Positions 27,843 to 41,243 of a stretch of DNA of 64,000 bases are shown in pieces. Under the pieces are notes generated by a model, which had not been told where the DNA came from, ran no database searches, and was given only the letters and a program-made list of their open reading frames with translations. The translations under genes and the position numbers were made by a program. This stretch comes from the human T2T-CHM13v2.0 reference genome, Homo sapiens. The stretch lies in the NCBI RefSeq assembly GCF_009914755.1, contig NC_060942.1; one strand, 5' to 3'. Positions within the stretch are counted from its first letter, which is position 1. Every line of letters begins with the position of its first letter.

Positions 27843-28100
27843 GGGCCTCAGAATCATGAAAGGCAGTGAAAGGCACTTCTTACATGGTGGTGGCAAGAGA
27901 AAATGAGGAAGAAGCAAAAGCGGAAACCCCTGATAAACCCATCAGATCTCATGAGAATTATTCACTATTGCGAGAATAGCATGGGTAAGACCGTCTCCCA
28001 TGATTCAATTACCTCCCCTGGGTCCCTCCTACAACACGTGGGAATTCTGGAAGATACAATTCAAGCTGAGATTTGGGTGGATATACAGTCAAGCCATATA
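27843..28100 (-). mobile_element. Partial THE1 (C-like) MaLR LTR
   Basis: gaagcaaaagcggaaacccctgataaacccatcagatctc; ccatgattcaattacctccc; gagatttgggtgg. About 100 bp of one end is missing. Confidence 0.88.
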
Positions 28101-28316
28101 AGACTGTTTTTAAATTGGTCTATTACTTACCAGGTTTCACCCCCTGCCTGCTCTCTTTCAGTTTTCTTTTCTAGGCCTCTCAACTTGACTTCCAAATTTT
28201 CAAAAAATTATCTGGATTTTGTTGTAAGAAAATTCTCAACCTTGTAGCCTTGTATGTGAGGATTGCTCCCCTTGATTTCTTATATTAGAAAACGAGCTGA
28301 AAAATAGTTTGGCCTA

Positions 28317-28865
28317 TGTTTTAGTCAGGGTTCTCTAGAGGGACACAACTAATAGGATAGATGTGTATATGAAAGGGAGTTTATTAAGGAGCATTGACTC
28401 ACACAATCACAAGGTGAAGTACCACAGTAGGCTGTCTGCAAGCTGAGGAGCAAGGAAGCCAGTCTGAGTCCCAAAACCTCAAAAGTACGAAAGCTGAGAG
28501 TGCAGCCTTTAGTCCGTGGCTTAAGGCCCAAGAGACCCTGGCAAACCATTGCTGTAAGTCCAAGAGTCCAAAAGCTGAAGAACTTGGAGTCTGATGTTCC
28601 AGTGCAGGAAGCATTCAGCACAGGAGAAAGACGAGGGCCAGAAGATTCAGGAAGTCTGCTCTTTCCATCTTCTCCTGCCTCCTTTATTCTAGCCAGGCTG
28701 GCAGCTCATTAGATGGTGCCCACCTAGATTGCAGCTGGGTCTGCTTGTCCTAGTTCAGTGACTCAAATATTAATCTCCCTTGGCAACATCCTCACAGATA
28801 TACCCAGGAACAATACTTTGCCTCCTTCAAGCCAATCAAGTTGACACTCAATATTTACCAACATA
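28317..28865 (-). mobile_element. MLT2A (A2-like) HERV-L solo LTR
   Basis: ttagtcagggttctctagagggac ... ccaatcaagttgacactca; perfect 5-bp TSD gccta (28312-28316 and 28866-28870). Confidence 0.93.
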
Positions 28866-29235
28866 GCCTACATCATGACTGGTAGAAAATAACTGCTGTA
28901 AGACGAATGTGAAGAGAATGTCATAAACATCTAAATAAAAAGGGAAACTTTGGAAAAATCTGAGAAAAATTTAAATTTTGAACAAGAGATCCTATTAAAT
29001 AGTAGGTGACATATTTTATGATGAGAATAAGTATAAAACAATTTAATGAGTTAAATGCCTCAGGTAAAAGGCTCAGTTAAATGATAAGTGAATTTATAGG
29101 TTAATATGTGTCACTAAAGGGAAGTACAAAAAATCGACTATCTTTACTCTGCAAATTGTTTAACATTTCATTTTTCCCTAAAGAATATTAAATAGCAAAT
29201 TCTCAAAATTTCAGGGCAAATTAGATATGAAGATA

Positions 29236-29530
29236 GGCCAGTGCAGTGGTTCAGACCTGTAATCCTGGCACTTTGGGAGGCCAAGTCAGGAGAATTGCTT
29301 CAGGTCAGGTGTTCAAGACCAGCATGGGCAACATTTTGAGACCCTATCTCTACAAAAATGAAAAACTGAAAAAACCTCATTTGGCATGGTGGCATGTGTC
29401 TGTAGGTCTAGCTACTCAGGAGGCTGAGGTAGAGGATTGCATGAAACCAAGAGATCAGGGCTGCAGTGAGCCCTGATTGCACCACTGCACTCCAGCCTCG
29501 GCAACAAAGCCCTGACTCAAAAAAACACAA
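29236..29530 (+). mobile_element. AluJ
   Basis: Diverged dimer with J-type motifs (gggcaacattttgagaccc, ggctgcagtgagc); short aagata TSD. Confidence 0.88.
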
Positions 29531-32500
29531 AGATAGATTATTACTCAGAGGACTATTTAAGTTTTAGTAGAAACAATTATTAAAATCTCAGTATCTAGAT
29601 TCTCTACACATGCACACACACACTAACATACATACACAAACACGCAAGAATATGTTTATAACATCACACAAGATGTGTTTCTAAGCACAAGACATTATCC
29701 AGGAAATTATTTTATAATGTTTAATTTGTCAATTAAAAGTTTCAACAGACAAATAAACATTGATATCACCAGAAAATAATCTATTTTGTTTTTAGGCCAA
29801 GGAGATAACAGACAGCAGAGAAAGACTCAGCCCAGTGTTATGGAAGCATAACTGAACCCAACTTGTGCATGTCATCTGGGGACCTGTTATCCAGGGCAGT
29901 GGCATTGTGGCCTGGGCTGAAGCAAGCCATTTCTGGTAGCAGTTTTGGTATTGTCCAGACTCATAAATAACAATGCCCAAGTTTTTGTCTAGCAGAAAAG
30001 AAGAAAAAAAATGTGCAAACTCTAACAAGCACCCATGGGTTACAAGACACATAGCAAGAAGAGGAGCAGAAAGAAAGATAGACAGGACTCCTTGTCTGTC
30101 TGGCATGGGGAGTGTGTGTGTTGAAGGCCTCTGTGGGAGGGGGCTGCACAGCATCAACTCCATTGCCCGCGCTCTGTGTTTTAGCATTCTAACCACTCAG
30201 TACACAGCAGGCTACATTTGTGCCAGTTGGTGTACAAGGATCTGGGTATGCTAATATGAAACTCTCAGTTTCTGTTGGTAAAAACAACCTGGAGAAGCAG
30301 AAAGTATGGCACTGAGTGTTACCCATTGGCGAGCTACTGTGCACAGCCCTGACAATTTCCAGTTGTATGAAAGAGGAGACAATGGGTGCAATGGGGCTGA
30401 AGCTCTCCCGATTATGAGAGAGCTGCACTCTGGGCAGCAGAGCAGCAGCAGGCTTCAAGGGAAGGATGCTTGTGGAGCAGCAGAAATCATGTGGGAAAAA
30501 CAGAAGATAGAAAGGAGCAGTTAATTAGAGCAGAAGAGCAGAACGGGATTGTCATTGAACAGTGGCCTGTGAGGATCTCTGTCCAATGCAAACACTGAGG
30601 ACCCCTGCCACAGACACTGTTTTATTGATGTACTTGATCTTCAGGAGGGCTAAGAAAAAACATCATCATATTTAATAATTCATATGGGCACTTCCACTTA
30701 TACAGTACAGGCATATTTTGAGATCTTAAAGACACAAGCTATATAAAATGATTTTTAAAGATAGTTGGTATAGTAATTGTATATCTTAATAAAAAGATGA
30801 TTCAGAAAAGTTGAATAGTCATTACTAGAAGACTGTAGGCCAGGTCTGTATGTGTCAACTCTGACGCCACTTCTATACTACATTTTCTCACCAAGTAGGA
30901 ACTTCAAACACTTCTTATCATTTTTAACTCTGATTTACTAAAATACACACAGATTTATAACTGCTACATAGATATTTACCTGTATATAATTAGGTATCTT
31001 ACCTAATACTTACCTGTATACATACTGATGTGTAGATACTTTCCTGTGTATCATTTCCAGTGGTTACAACACAGTTTTAAATAATTCGGCCATACATATT
31101 TAAACATTTTAATTTAGAGTTATAAAATGCATGGAAAATGAATTTAAGCATTTAAAAATTGGCCCTTGTCAAGGAAAACAAATGTTTCTATCAAAATTTC
31201 AGTCAACATTTTCAAAAATGATAATCATTATTTCTCCATAAACTTGAGACCTTAGGCCTATAAAGACATTTCTTTCATTCCAGCTGCTATAAAATAAACA
31301 AGCAAATACAACTAAGGGAAGACATAAGTTTTGTGAAAAACATAAACTTTTACATAGTTTTATTGAATTTACTTAAGACTCCAGGCGATGAAAGTAAAAG
31401 CTGAGAGCGAAAGTTGCTGAAAAGATGTCAAGGATTATAAAACAGTCTCTTGAAATACCTGCCTTAATGTCACTGAAATTAATGAAACGTTTCTTGAAAA
31501 TGGTAAGAACACAATTTAAATGTGAAAGAAATATGTCAATAATAAAAAGAATGGTTCTTCCGATGTTTAATTAAGTAGATATTAAACTAAATCTGATGTG
31601 AAAATAGGTCAAACCCTCAATGAGCTTAAACAAGAGACTTCACAACAGTACATCATCATTAGTATATATTCTGAAGCATATTACGTTGGGGTTATAATAA
31701 AAGGTTAAAAAACACATATGTGCATGATAATGGCATTTTCACAAACTACAATTGAATGTTTGAAAATGTGCATTGCATTTATTGTCTGTGATAAATTATT
31801 TAACCTAAATTGAGTGCTAGTATACGTTGGAGAGTGCACCCAAAGGTGAAATCCCCTTTTAAATCTTCTATGGAAAGACAGCATGGCTTCATCTGAAACT
31901 ACATATCAATTTCAAGGTAAAATAGATTATTGAGAGTGAAATCTTGCCAGCTATGTATTTTTTTTTTCCTGAAGTTTTAGGTATTGCGCTCAGTTGGCTA
32001 GTCTTAGTTCACATTTAACATTCCAGGTAATATGTCACTACATGCAGTCAGGAATCCTGTCTCCTTCAATGTTGATGCACTGGACCATCCAAGCGTACAA
32101 ATAACACCTCAGAAGCTGAGCTGGTGCACATCTCCCGCACCCTGTTGGCCCAGCTACCAGGAGAGAGAACTAAAGCTAAGTGCAGGGCACACCCTTCTCA
32201 AAGGACATAGCCAGGCAGCTGTACAGAGGCCACTTTTGCATATATTGAAATTTCCCTGAAGGTCATTGGAGGGCCACAGCTGGCTGCATGGGAGGCAGCT
32301 GTACAGCCATCTGACTCACTAAAAATGTGATTATGGCATTAAAGAAAAAATGGTGATAATGGACCTTTGAGGAAACCACCTGTCTAACCATGCTGTTTCA
32401 AACTTATTTTTGAGAATGATGTTTCATTTCTTTCTTCAGAATTTGGGGCAAATAACAGCAATAATAATATAATTCGTAGAATGCATAAAACAGAACAAGT

Positions 32501-32639
32501 AGGAAACATAAATTTTATTATTTAGAGTACCTGAGGAATAAGAACATAAACTTCTTATAGACATTATTAAATACTAAGTCAGGTGGGACATCTCTAAAGA
32601 TAAACTCAACCCATACTAGAATAATTTCCACTTCAAATT

Positions 32640-33105
32640 AAATTTCTGACTAGGCTAACTTTGTCTCCTGTTAATGTATGTTACTTACTTTTCACGAATT
32701 AGAATGTGCAGATATTTACGCTCATATAGTCTAAAAACCCTCATGTGTTTAGTGAAACAAAAGTATTCAAGCAAAATAAGTAGCAGGCCATTCGCCTGGG
32801 GTTGTTTCTGCCCCCAGTGCTCTTATATCAACAACTGGAACACAACACGGAAACATTTTCTATAACTGGCTTAAAACAAAGCCAACCACACAAACAAACA
32901 AACAAACAAAAAACCGGTCTCAGTCCATCACAGACAGCCAACCAGCTGATGTCCGGTACAACTTGGGACATCCCATTGGACTATATCCAAATTAGGCAAA
33001 TGTCTCATCACAGCATTCTCAAATAATGCAAATGCCTGGCTGTGGCCAATCCGGTAATTTATTTACTTTGTCTCTGTGTTTGGCCTAGAGACACCCATGG
33101 CTCAC
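32640..33105 (+). mobile_element. Probable ERV1 MER4-group LTR fragment
   Basis: caaattaggcaaatg...gcaaatgcctggctgtggccaatccggtaatttatttactttgtctctg resembles the CCAAT/TATA region of MER4-group LTRs. Confidence 0.5.
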
Positions 33106-33714
33106 CCATGTAATTTTTTCAGTTTCTAGAAAAAGTATGGCCTAAAATTTTAATGCTGATCCAAGTTATGCTTCAGTCATAAAGGCAATAAACAAAGATT
33201 CCCCATGTAAAATGTCAGGGAATCTCACATGCATATACCCTTCTATAAGCTACTCAGTATCTAAAACCAGTAAAGAGATAAATCAAAATGTGGAATTGTG
33301 TAATAAAATGAAATCCTGAAGATAAAGATGGGCTGTAATTTTATCTCTGTGATTTAATTTAATTACACAATTCGTTGTGATATGTTATTCCCAAATGCAA
33401 CAGAAGTGAAAGAAAAAAAAAAACTATCCTAAATTTGGTGTTTATCATCATCATGCATGGTTTTATAATTTGAGTGTATCTATTACATGTCATATTGAGT
33501 ACTGGTTTACAAATTTTAGATATTTGATATGAAGGAAATAATACTATACAGAAAATTCTGCACCTTCTCATTTTATTCTTGTGAAAAATAATCACAATAT
33601 ATTTTTACCAATTTATTCATAATACATATAAATTTTTAATCAAATATTCTCTATTAACTGGAATTTGGGGAATAAACAACCTTGTATATTTTCTTTGTGT
33701 GCATGTTGAAGACA

Positions 33715-33850
33715 TCAAAGGTTTATCAAACTTTCTCTGTAAAGGACAAGACAGGAAATATCTTAGACTTGAAGGCAAATTTAATGTCAACTCGAAGACA
33801 TAAGCCTCAGAATTTCTGGGTTTTAGTTTATGCACACAATCAGCTTTCCC
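33715..33850. mobile_element. MER58-like hAT MITE fragment within old L1ME sequence
   Basis: caaactttctctgtaaaggacaagacaggaaatatcttagacttg resembles the MER58 terminus. Confidence 0.5.
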
Positions 33851-34649
33851 ACAGAGTGCCAACTTGCTTTTGTAATTGTTTAAAAAGTTTTGAAAAAAAA
33901 ATCCTATTAGCAAGATGAGAGTATTCTTCTTGCTCCATATGCTGTCTAACACTTAATATTGACATTATTTCAAAATTTTTGCTGCCCTAATAGCCAAATT
34001 TCCTTTATTATTGATGGCCTGTTTCTAGCCTTTGATTGTATTTATTGTGTCTTCAATATTATGACCTCATTTTTTAAATTCTAAATGGATGAAATTATTT
34101 CAGATACTCTAGGACTCAAATACAGCACATGATTTAAGTACAAAATTTAAGTACAAAGAAAACAAATAGGGCCAATTTTTTGTGTTGTCATTTAAAATTT
34201 CAGTCTATGTATGTATTGTACAATTAAAAACGCATTGGATATAAACAGGTTAATATTTTTCATGATAATTATAATAATTTTTAATTTCTTTTGATATTTA
34301 AATATGTTTGTCAATAAAATAACAGAAGGCTTAGTGGTAATAGGAAAATAGAGCTAGGGGTTAAGCGCACATACTACAGAAATTAGATAAAACTGTATAC
34401 ATAACAAGTATGATTTTACTGGAAATGTAATTTTTCAAAGCTATAAAAGTAAAAAAGCCAACATGATACAGGTCTTCTACCTCAACAGTAGCAATTCCTC
34501 ATTTATTTTTTGACTTATTCTATTTGTTGCACAAAAAAGAAACTAAATTATCCAAAATCACCTAGATTATTTTCCTCAACCCTCCCAATGAGTCAAAACC
34601 TAAAGTTAATGACTGTTTCTATGCTCGGTGACAGTAAAATCTAGTCAAC

Positions 34650-35350
34650 TATGATTCAGCAATTACAGTCCTTGGCATTTACCCAAATGAGTTGAAAACT
34701 TACGTCCACAAGAAACCTGTATACGAATGTTTATAACAGCTTTATTTATAACTGTCAAAACTCGGAAACAACCAAAGTGTCTTTCAGTAGGTGAATGGAT
34801 AAGCTGTAGTACATCCAGTCAATGGTATATTAGCCAACACTAAAAAGAAATGGTTTACCAAGCCACGAAAAAAAAAAAAATTGGAGCAAAATTAAATATA
34901 TAGTACTAAGTAAAAAAGCTAACCTGAAAAGGCTACATAATATATTATTCCTATAGCATAATAGTTTGGAGCAAAATGAAGGAGAAAGTCAAAAAGATCA
35001 GTGGCTGCCAGGTGTTGGAGGTAGATGAATAGGAAGAACATAGAGAATATTTATGGCAGTGCAATTAATCTGCACGATAATGGTGAATACGTGTAACTAT
35101 ACATTTGCCAAAATTCCTAGACTTTACAAGACCAAGAGTGAACCCGAATGTGAACTGTAGACTTTGTGTGATGGTGTGTCAATATAGGTATATGGATTAT
35201 AACAGGTGGACCAGTGTGGTGTGGAATGTTGATAATGGGGGAGGCCATGCCTGTGTTGGGGCAGGCCTTACATGGAAACTCTCTGTACTTTCTGCTCAAT
35301 TTTTCTATGAACCTAAAACTACTCTAAACATAAAGTTTATTATAAAAAAA
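34650..35350 (+). mobile_element. L1MC-type 3' end
   Basis: catttacccaaatgagttgaaaacttacgtccaca; accaagagtgaacccgaatgtgaact; ggaaactctctgtactttctgctcaattt; A tail. Confidence 0.85.
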
Positions 35351-35699
35351 CTTAATGATATCATGGTAATCGTTCATAGTGTGATGCAAACCTGACTTTT
35401 AAGTTTTTTCCGCAGGGTGTGGTCTTTAGTTCTATTTGCAAATTTTTCATTTGGTTGCTGCAGCCTTGATGGGTGATTTGCAGTTTCAGTGGTGATGAAG
35501 AGTCAATTACAGAAGAACTAAAGTAGAGAGATCTGAATAACTGGACCTAATAAGAACAGTCACTTACATAATTAGTATTTTGCAACTGTGACCAGAAATA
35601 AAAGAAAGTTGCAGTATTTCAGGAGGATATTGAATTACTTCTTACCATTCTATTAGGCTAAAATAACCATACAAATTCATCATTTAAAAAATTTTGATA

Positions 35700-36016
<317 letters not shown>

Positions 36017-39000
36017 CTAACTACTCTAAATAATAAATCTCAGTAAAGGTTTAAGTAAAAATGAAAAATAAATTAAAATGAAAATGCCCTTCCTAGACAT
36101 ATCTTAGAATTCTCAGATAGGTGAATAACTAAGAATCACAAAGAGAATAAGTGATTTTTCATAATAGTAGTAGTCATTCAGTTTACACATTCTAAGAATT
36201 TAAAAACAAACAAGCAAACAACACAACAATGCAATGATCAGTGGTGGACAGGGGTTAGGAACAGAAGGAGCAGAGGATGAGGGAGGGTGTAGTGTCTTGG
36301 CTGCAGGGGTGGATACAGCAACCTACACATGCACTAAAATTGTATAGAACTAGTATTACATCGCATTGATGGTTGCACAATATTGTGAATATACTAGAAG
36401 CCACTTTTAAATGATGCAAATAGTGAAAAATGTTTGGAAGTAAGTACATGTATACACAGACATGAGTACAAGTAAAATCTGAGTGAGCCTAGGTGGAGTG
36501 CGTCAATATCAGTATAGTGATTGTGATATTCAAAGAAACTGGACTAAGCTATTCTTTCTTATATCTGTATGTTCATCCAAAACTATTCAATAAGGTCTCA
36601 GCATAAACAATCACCGCAGTAAAAATACCAACAAAAAATTACCAAATATTGTCTTTCATCACTCAAGTAACCATACGTATAGTAAAAACAATTGTGAAAT
36701 TTAAATATGGAATTTTTTGAGAAAACGGTAATGAAATACACAGAGTAGAATTGTATGGAGAAAATGGACTAATCTTTATTATGCATCATATATTATACTA
36801 GCAAAGACATGAATTTCCGTGATAGAGATTAGTAATACAAAGATGGCCCAATTAAAATAATCTAGTTCTTGGTATCTTATAGCATCTTAATAAAGCTTTT
36901 GAAGAACACAATTATTTAGCAAGGAATTGTCGAATATTTTATTATCATGCATCTGTGCTATACCCTAATTATCCTGTACTTTTTAGTAATGCATTTACAT
37001 GATTGACTATAACCTCCTAAAACAGTACATAATAAATAATTATTTTATTACTGAAAATAATGTGTTATGTATATGGACTGGTGGTGTAACTTATTTTCTG
37101 TAAACATAGGTTAAATAAAATCACTAATGTTTGAAATTATGCATATTCCCCACACATTCACCATTGTAAGACAGAAAACTTACTTCTCTGCCATTTTTAC
37201 GAGGCTACAACACTATATTTGGGAAGTTTAGTATTAACAGTAAAATAAAAATATATGTCATCATATATTTGGGCACATATATTCTAGTCCCACGCTGATC
37301 TTTTTGTAAAATTAGACTGGCTTTCCAAGAGAGCCTACTTATTTTTCAGAACATATTTCAAATAGCTAAGTTCAAACAGCGCGTGTCTCTTTATAGACAT
37401 TCCAGCATCACACAGGCAAAACCAAACCAAACAGAAAGCAGCAGAGACTTCAGCGTCTATTGTTCATCACGCAGTGGGGGTGCAGGAAGTAGTGTTGGCA
37501 GAAGGAACTGTGCTTGCTGTCCTATGTTAATACTACAAAATGCCCTTACTCCTGGGTCTAACTAGATTCCCTTGTAAACTGATTGATTTGTTAAATTACA
37601 TGGGAACAGACTAGTTTAATTTAAAGATGTTGCTCAAAATAACTTTTCTATGATGATTAACGTCATCTTTCATAAAAGTTCTTTAAAAGAAATTAGCAGT
37701 TAGAAATAGGTCTGGTTGAGAACTATAGTATATCACACTGGTGTCATTCTTTCCAAGAATTTACTGCAGAAATATGCCCCAAACACACGGTATTGTATGT
37801 AGTATTCAAGAATGCCTAAAACATTAATCCTGCTCTATTGAAGCCGGAGTCTGAAAAAGCTATGGACATATGCACAAGCTACTATGCAACCATATAGCTA
37901 TTATATGCATACACACACCCATTTATTTGTACATTAATACATACATACATAATTATTTCTATAAATACATTTACACAATGCATATATGCAAACACATACA
38001 CATATACATGCATACACATTAAATTTATTTTATGCTGTCAGATTTTCCCTGAAAATTTTTTATAAAAGTTTCCTTCAGCTATTTCTTAATGCCTTAAATA
38101 AATCAGTTCATATCTATCATCTCGACAATAGGCTTCTTTCTGGTTTTCCTTCTTTATGTATTTTCTAAATTAAAGAGTGAATCTTCCTGATCCTTTGAGG
38201 GATTTTTACAAAAGATTTTACAAATCTTTTCCAGCATTTCTGGATCTTCAAATTCATGCTTTCTATTGGCTCTTTCGACATCTATATTTAACATTTTAAT
38301 ATTTCCCTCCAGCTCTCATCTTTTTTCATACAGAGAATTCTCTCTTCCTCTTTGTAGAGTTATCTACATTTGTCTCCACATTTTTGTTACCTTCAATTTC
38401 CAGCTGTAAGTGGCTCTTATGCATACAATTTAAACATTTTTTCTCCCCGAGGTCACATCTATTTCACTTGATCCAAAACATATTCTTCTCTGCCTTCTTT
38501 CACTCCTTCCCACTGGCCAAATTCTCAAAGAATCATCAACACACAGACTTTGTAGCTGCTAATTTTCTAGCCTCTCCTTCATTCTGACTTCTGCACTTTT
38601 CAATCAAACAAACAGCTCCTGTTCACATCACTGCTTCCTTCATGTTTCTAAATGCAATAAATTCTTTCGCTTATTTTCCTTTTTCCTAAGCTGTTAGAAA
38701 ATTTTAACACTCTTGACCCTATTCTTATTTCTGAGTCATCTTTATTTACCTTTCACCAAATCATACCTTTTAGTATTTCCTCTTTTCTCTGCTAGCTATT
38801 CTCCTTTACACTGATTATTTACTTTTGTCATTATTCAAAATTTCATCCTAGCCCATCTATTATATTTATTCTCAATAAATTCTCTATTCATACACAACCT
38901 ATATAACTAATCTTCTAAGCTACATTTTTGGTTCAGAACTATTGTCTGAGCAAAGCTCTTCATATCTAGCTGACAAGTAGACATCCCTACTAGGTTATAT

Positions 39001-39153
39001 CAAAAACATTTTAAACACTGTATATCATCTATTTTTCCCCTTATTCATGATTTCAGTGTATTTCCTGAGAATGAGGACAATGTTATTATGTAACCACAAA
39101 ACATATAATAAAATCAGACCATTTAACCTTAGGACAAATACCCACAAACCTTG

Positions 39154-39524
39154 TGATATGGTTAGGCTTTGTGTCCCCACCCAAATCTCATCTTGAATTA
39201 CAATTCTTAAAATCCCCATAATCCCCATATGTCAAGGGAGAGACCAGGTGGAGGTAACTGAATCATGGGGGTGGTTACCCTCCTGCTGTTCTTGTGATAG
39301 CTAGGGAGTTCTCGTGAAATCTGATGATTTTATAAGCGGCTCTTCTCCCCGTTGCTTGGCACTTCTCCTTCCTGCCACCTTGTGAAGAAGATGCCTTGTT
39401 TCCCCTTGGTCTTCCACCATGATTGTAAGTTTCCTGAGGCCTCCCCAGCCATCCTGAAAAGAGTCAAACCCTTCTCCTTTATCTTGGGCAGTTGTTTACA
39501 GCAGTATGAAAAGGGACTAATACA
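39154..39524 (+). mobile_element. THE1D-like MaLR solo LTR inserted in an old L1M 3' fragment
   Basis: tgatatggttaggctttgtgtccccacccaaatctc ... gactaataca; perfect TSD ccttg (39149-39153 and 39525-39529). Confidence 0.93.
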
Positions 39525-40966
39525 CCTTGAAATTTACAACCTGTATTTAAATTTCATTAATTGTCCAAATAAAATTCTTTAAAATTATTTATATTCCTAA
39601 CCCAGCATGGATTAACTTATTGATTGCATTAAATTAAGAGATATTGTTAGTCATATAACCTGAAACATTTCCTAATAATTTCCTTGGTTTTTGATATTAA
39701 TGCAGTTAAAGAATACAAAGCAGCTACTTTGTAGAATTACTTTCAATTTAGATTTGTGCGATATTTCCTTATGATTAAATTCGGACAAATTTTATTAGAC
39801 ATATCACTGAAGTAATGTGTGCATGCAAAGTGAGTCTCATTGGAAGATACAGAATGTTAATTTGTTTCAATATTGGAGATTTGGGTTTAATAAGTTGGAT
39901 AAGGTTGTATATACCCAGTTGCACCATTATAAAGATATTTTAAGTTCGTAAGTCAATTTTACACATATGTTTTGTGATCTCTACCTTGGCAAAATAGCAT
40001 CTACTAGATTTTGTATTCATTTATATATTTCATCTTCTATATGTATGTCATACTATGATCTTCCAGCTCCATTGTTTCTGATGATAAATTGGCTATCATC
40101 TGGGTTAGCGAGTACAGCTGCACTGATCAAGCTACTTAACTGTATCAAGAGGCTGCTTTTCCATTCAATGTCCCTAAGAAAATGTTTATTCTACTGTTGC
40201 ATTTCATTTGCCTCCTATCTTTTCTTTACTAAGATCAGTTTATTTTCAGCATCAGCCTCATAAGCCTATTTATGTCTTTCATATTTTCCTTTATGAGCTT
40301 TTATTCTCAAAATATTTATTAATGTTTCCCTCTTCTGTTTTCCATAAGAGGAGATTTTGAAATATATGCCCATACAAAAGAATGGTCAATATATATTTTT
40401 GACCTTAAATAATAAGATACAGATGAGTAGCAACCCTATTATATTATCTTATGAAAAATAAAAATATAAAAAAATATATTTACATATATTATATAATTAT
40501 GTAACATTTATATATAATATTTAATAGTTGTATAATAATTAACTATTATATATTTAGATATCACTCAATATATAACAGTTAATCATTTATATTAAGGAAA
40601 TGGTGAAGGATGAGGAATTATAGAATAGAAGAAAGTGAAGGAGGGAGGAAGGATGAAAAATATCTAAATTCATTGTACTGGCTGAAAAAAGTATATAGTG
40701 TTCATGCAAAAAAAAAATCCTTATTTAATGTATGTATTCTTTCTATTTCCTTTTATAAACATATTTGCATAAAAATCCAGTGTAATTCATATTTAAATAT
40801 CAGCAATAGTTAAATTATATAAAACATATTTTATTTATTTCTAAATTGTCACTTATAGTCTTCTATTATTTGTGTCAGCAATTAAAAAAATTTCAATACA
40901 CAATTATTGAGTGGCCTTTGTTCAATCAATTCCTAGTTTAACACTTTTGATATGATTTCAAGTGAA

Positions 40967-41243
40967 TTTTTTGAGACAGGGTCTAGTTTTTTCACGCAGG
41001 CTGGAGTGCAGTGGTGCCATCACAGCTCACTGCAACCTTGAGCTCTTGGGCTCAAGCATATCTCTCACCTCAGCCTCCTGACTACCTACAGGTGGGTGCC
41101 ACCATGCTAGACTTTTAAATTTTTTTGCAGAGACGGAGTCTCTCTGTGTTGTGCATGCTGGTCTCAAAGTCCTTGTCTCAAACGATCCTCCTGCCTTGGG
41201 CTCCCAAATCATGGGGATTACAGGCGTGAGCCACTGCCCGGCC
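40967..41243 (-). mobile_element. AluJ
   Basis: gagacagggtc, atcacagctcactgcaacctt, ggctcaagc ... gagccactgcccggcc. Confidence 0.9.

Noticed and set aside
31006-31016. U1 snRNA gene or pseudogene
   Set aside because: The match stops after 11 nt; the U1 continuation GCAGGGGAG is absent.
34132-34157. 13-bp tandem duplication atttaagtacaaa x2
   Set aside because: Real, but an ordinary slippage product in AT-rich DNA.
40075-40135. Box C/D snoRNA (TGATGA ... CTGA with a small hairpin)
   Set aside because: The C box lacks the leading purine, spacing is short, and no terminal stem or recognisable guide is present.
40440-40600. Extremely AT-rich tract as a structural element
   Set aside because: Low-complexity sequence with no defined periodicity or boundaries.
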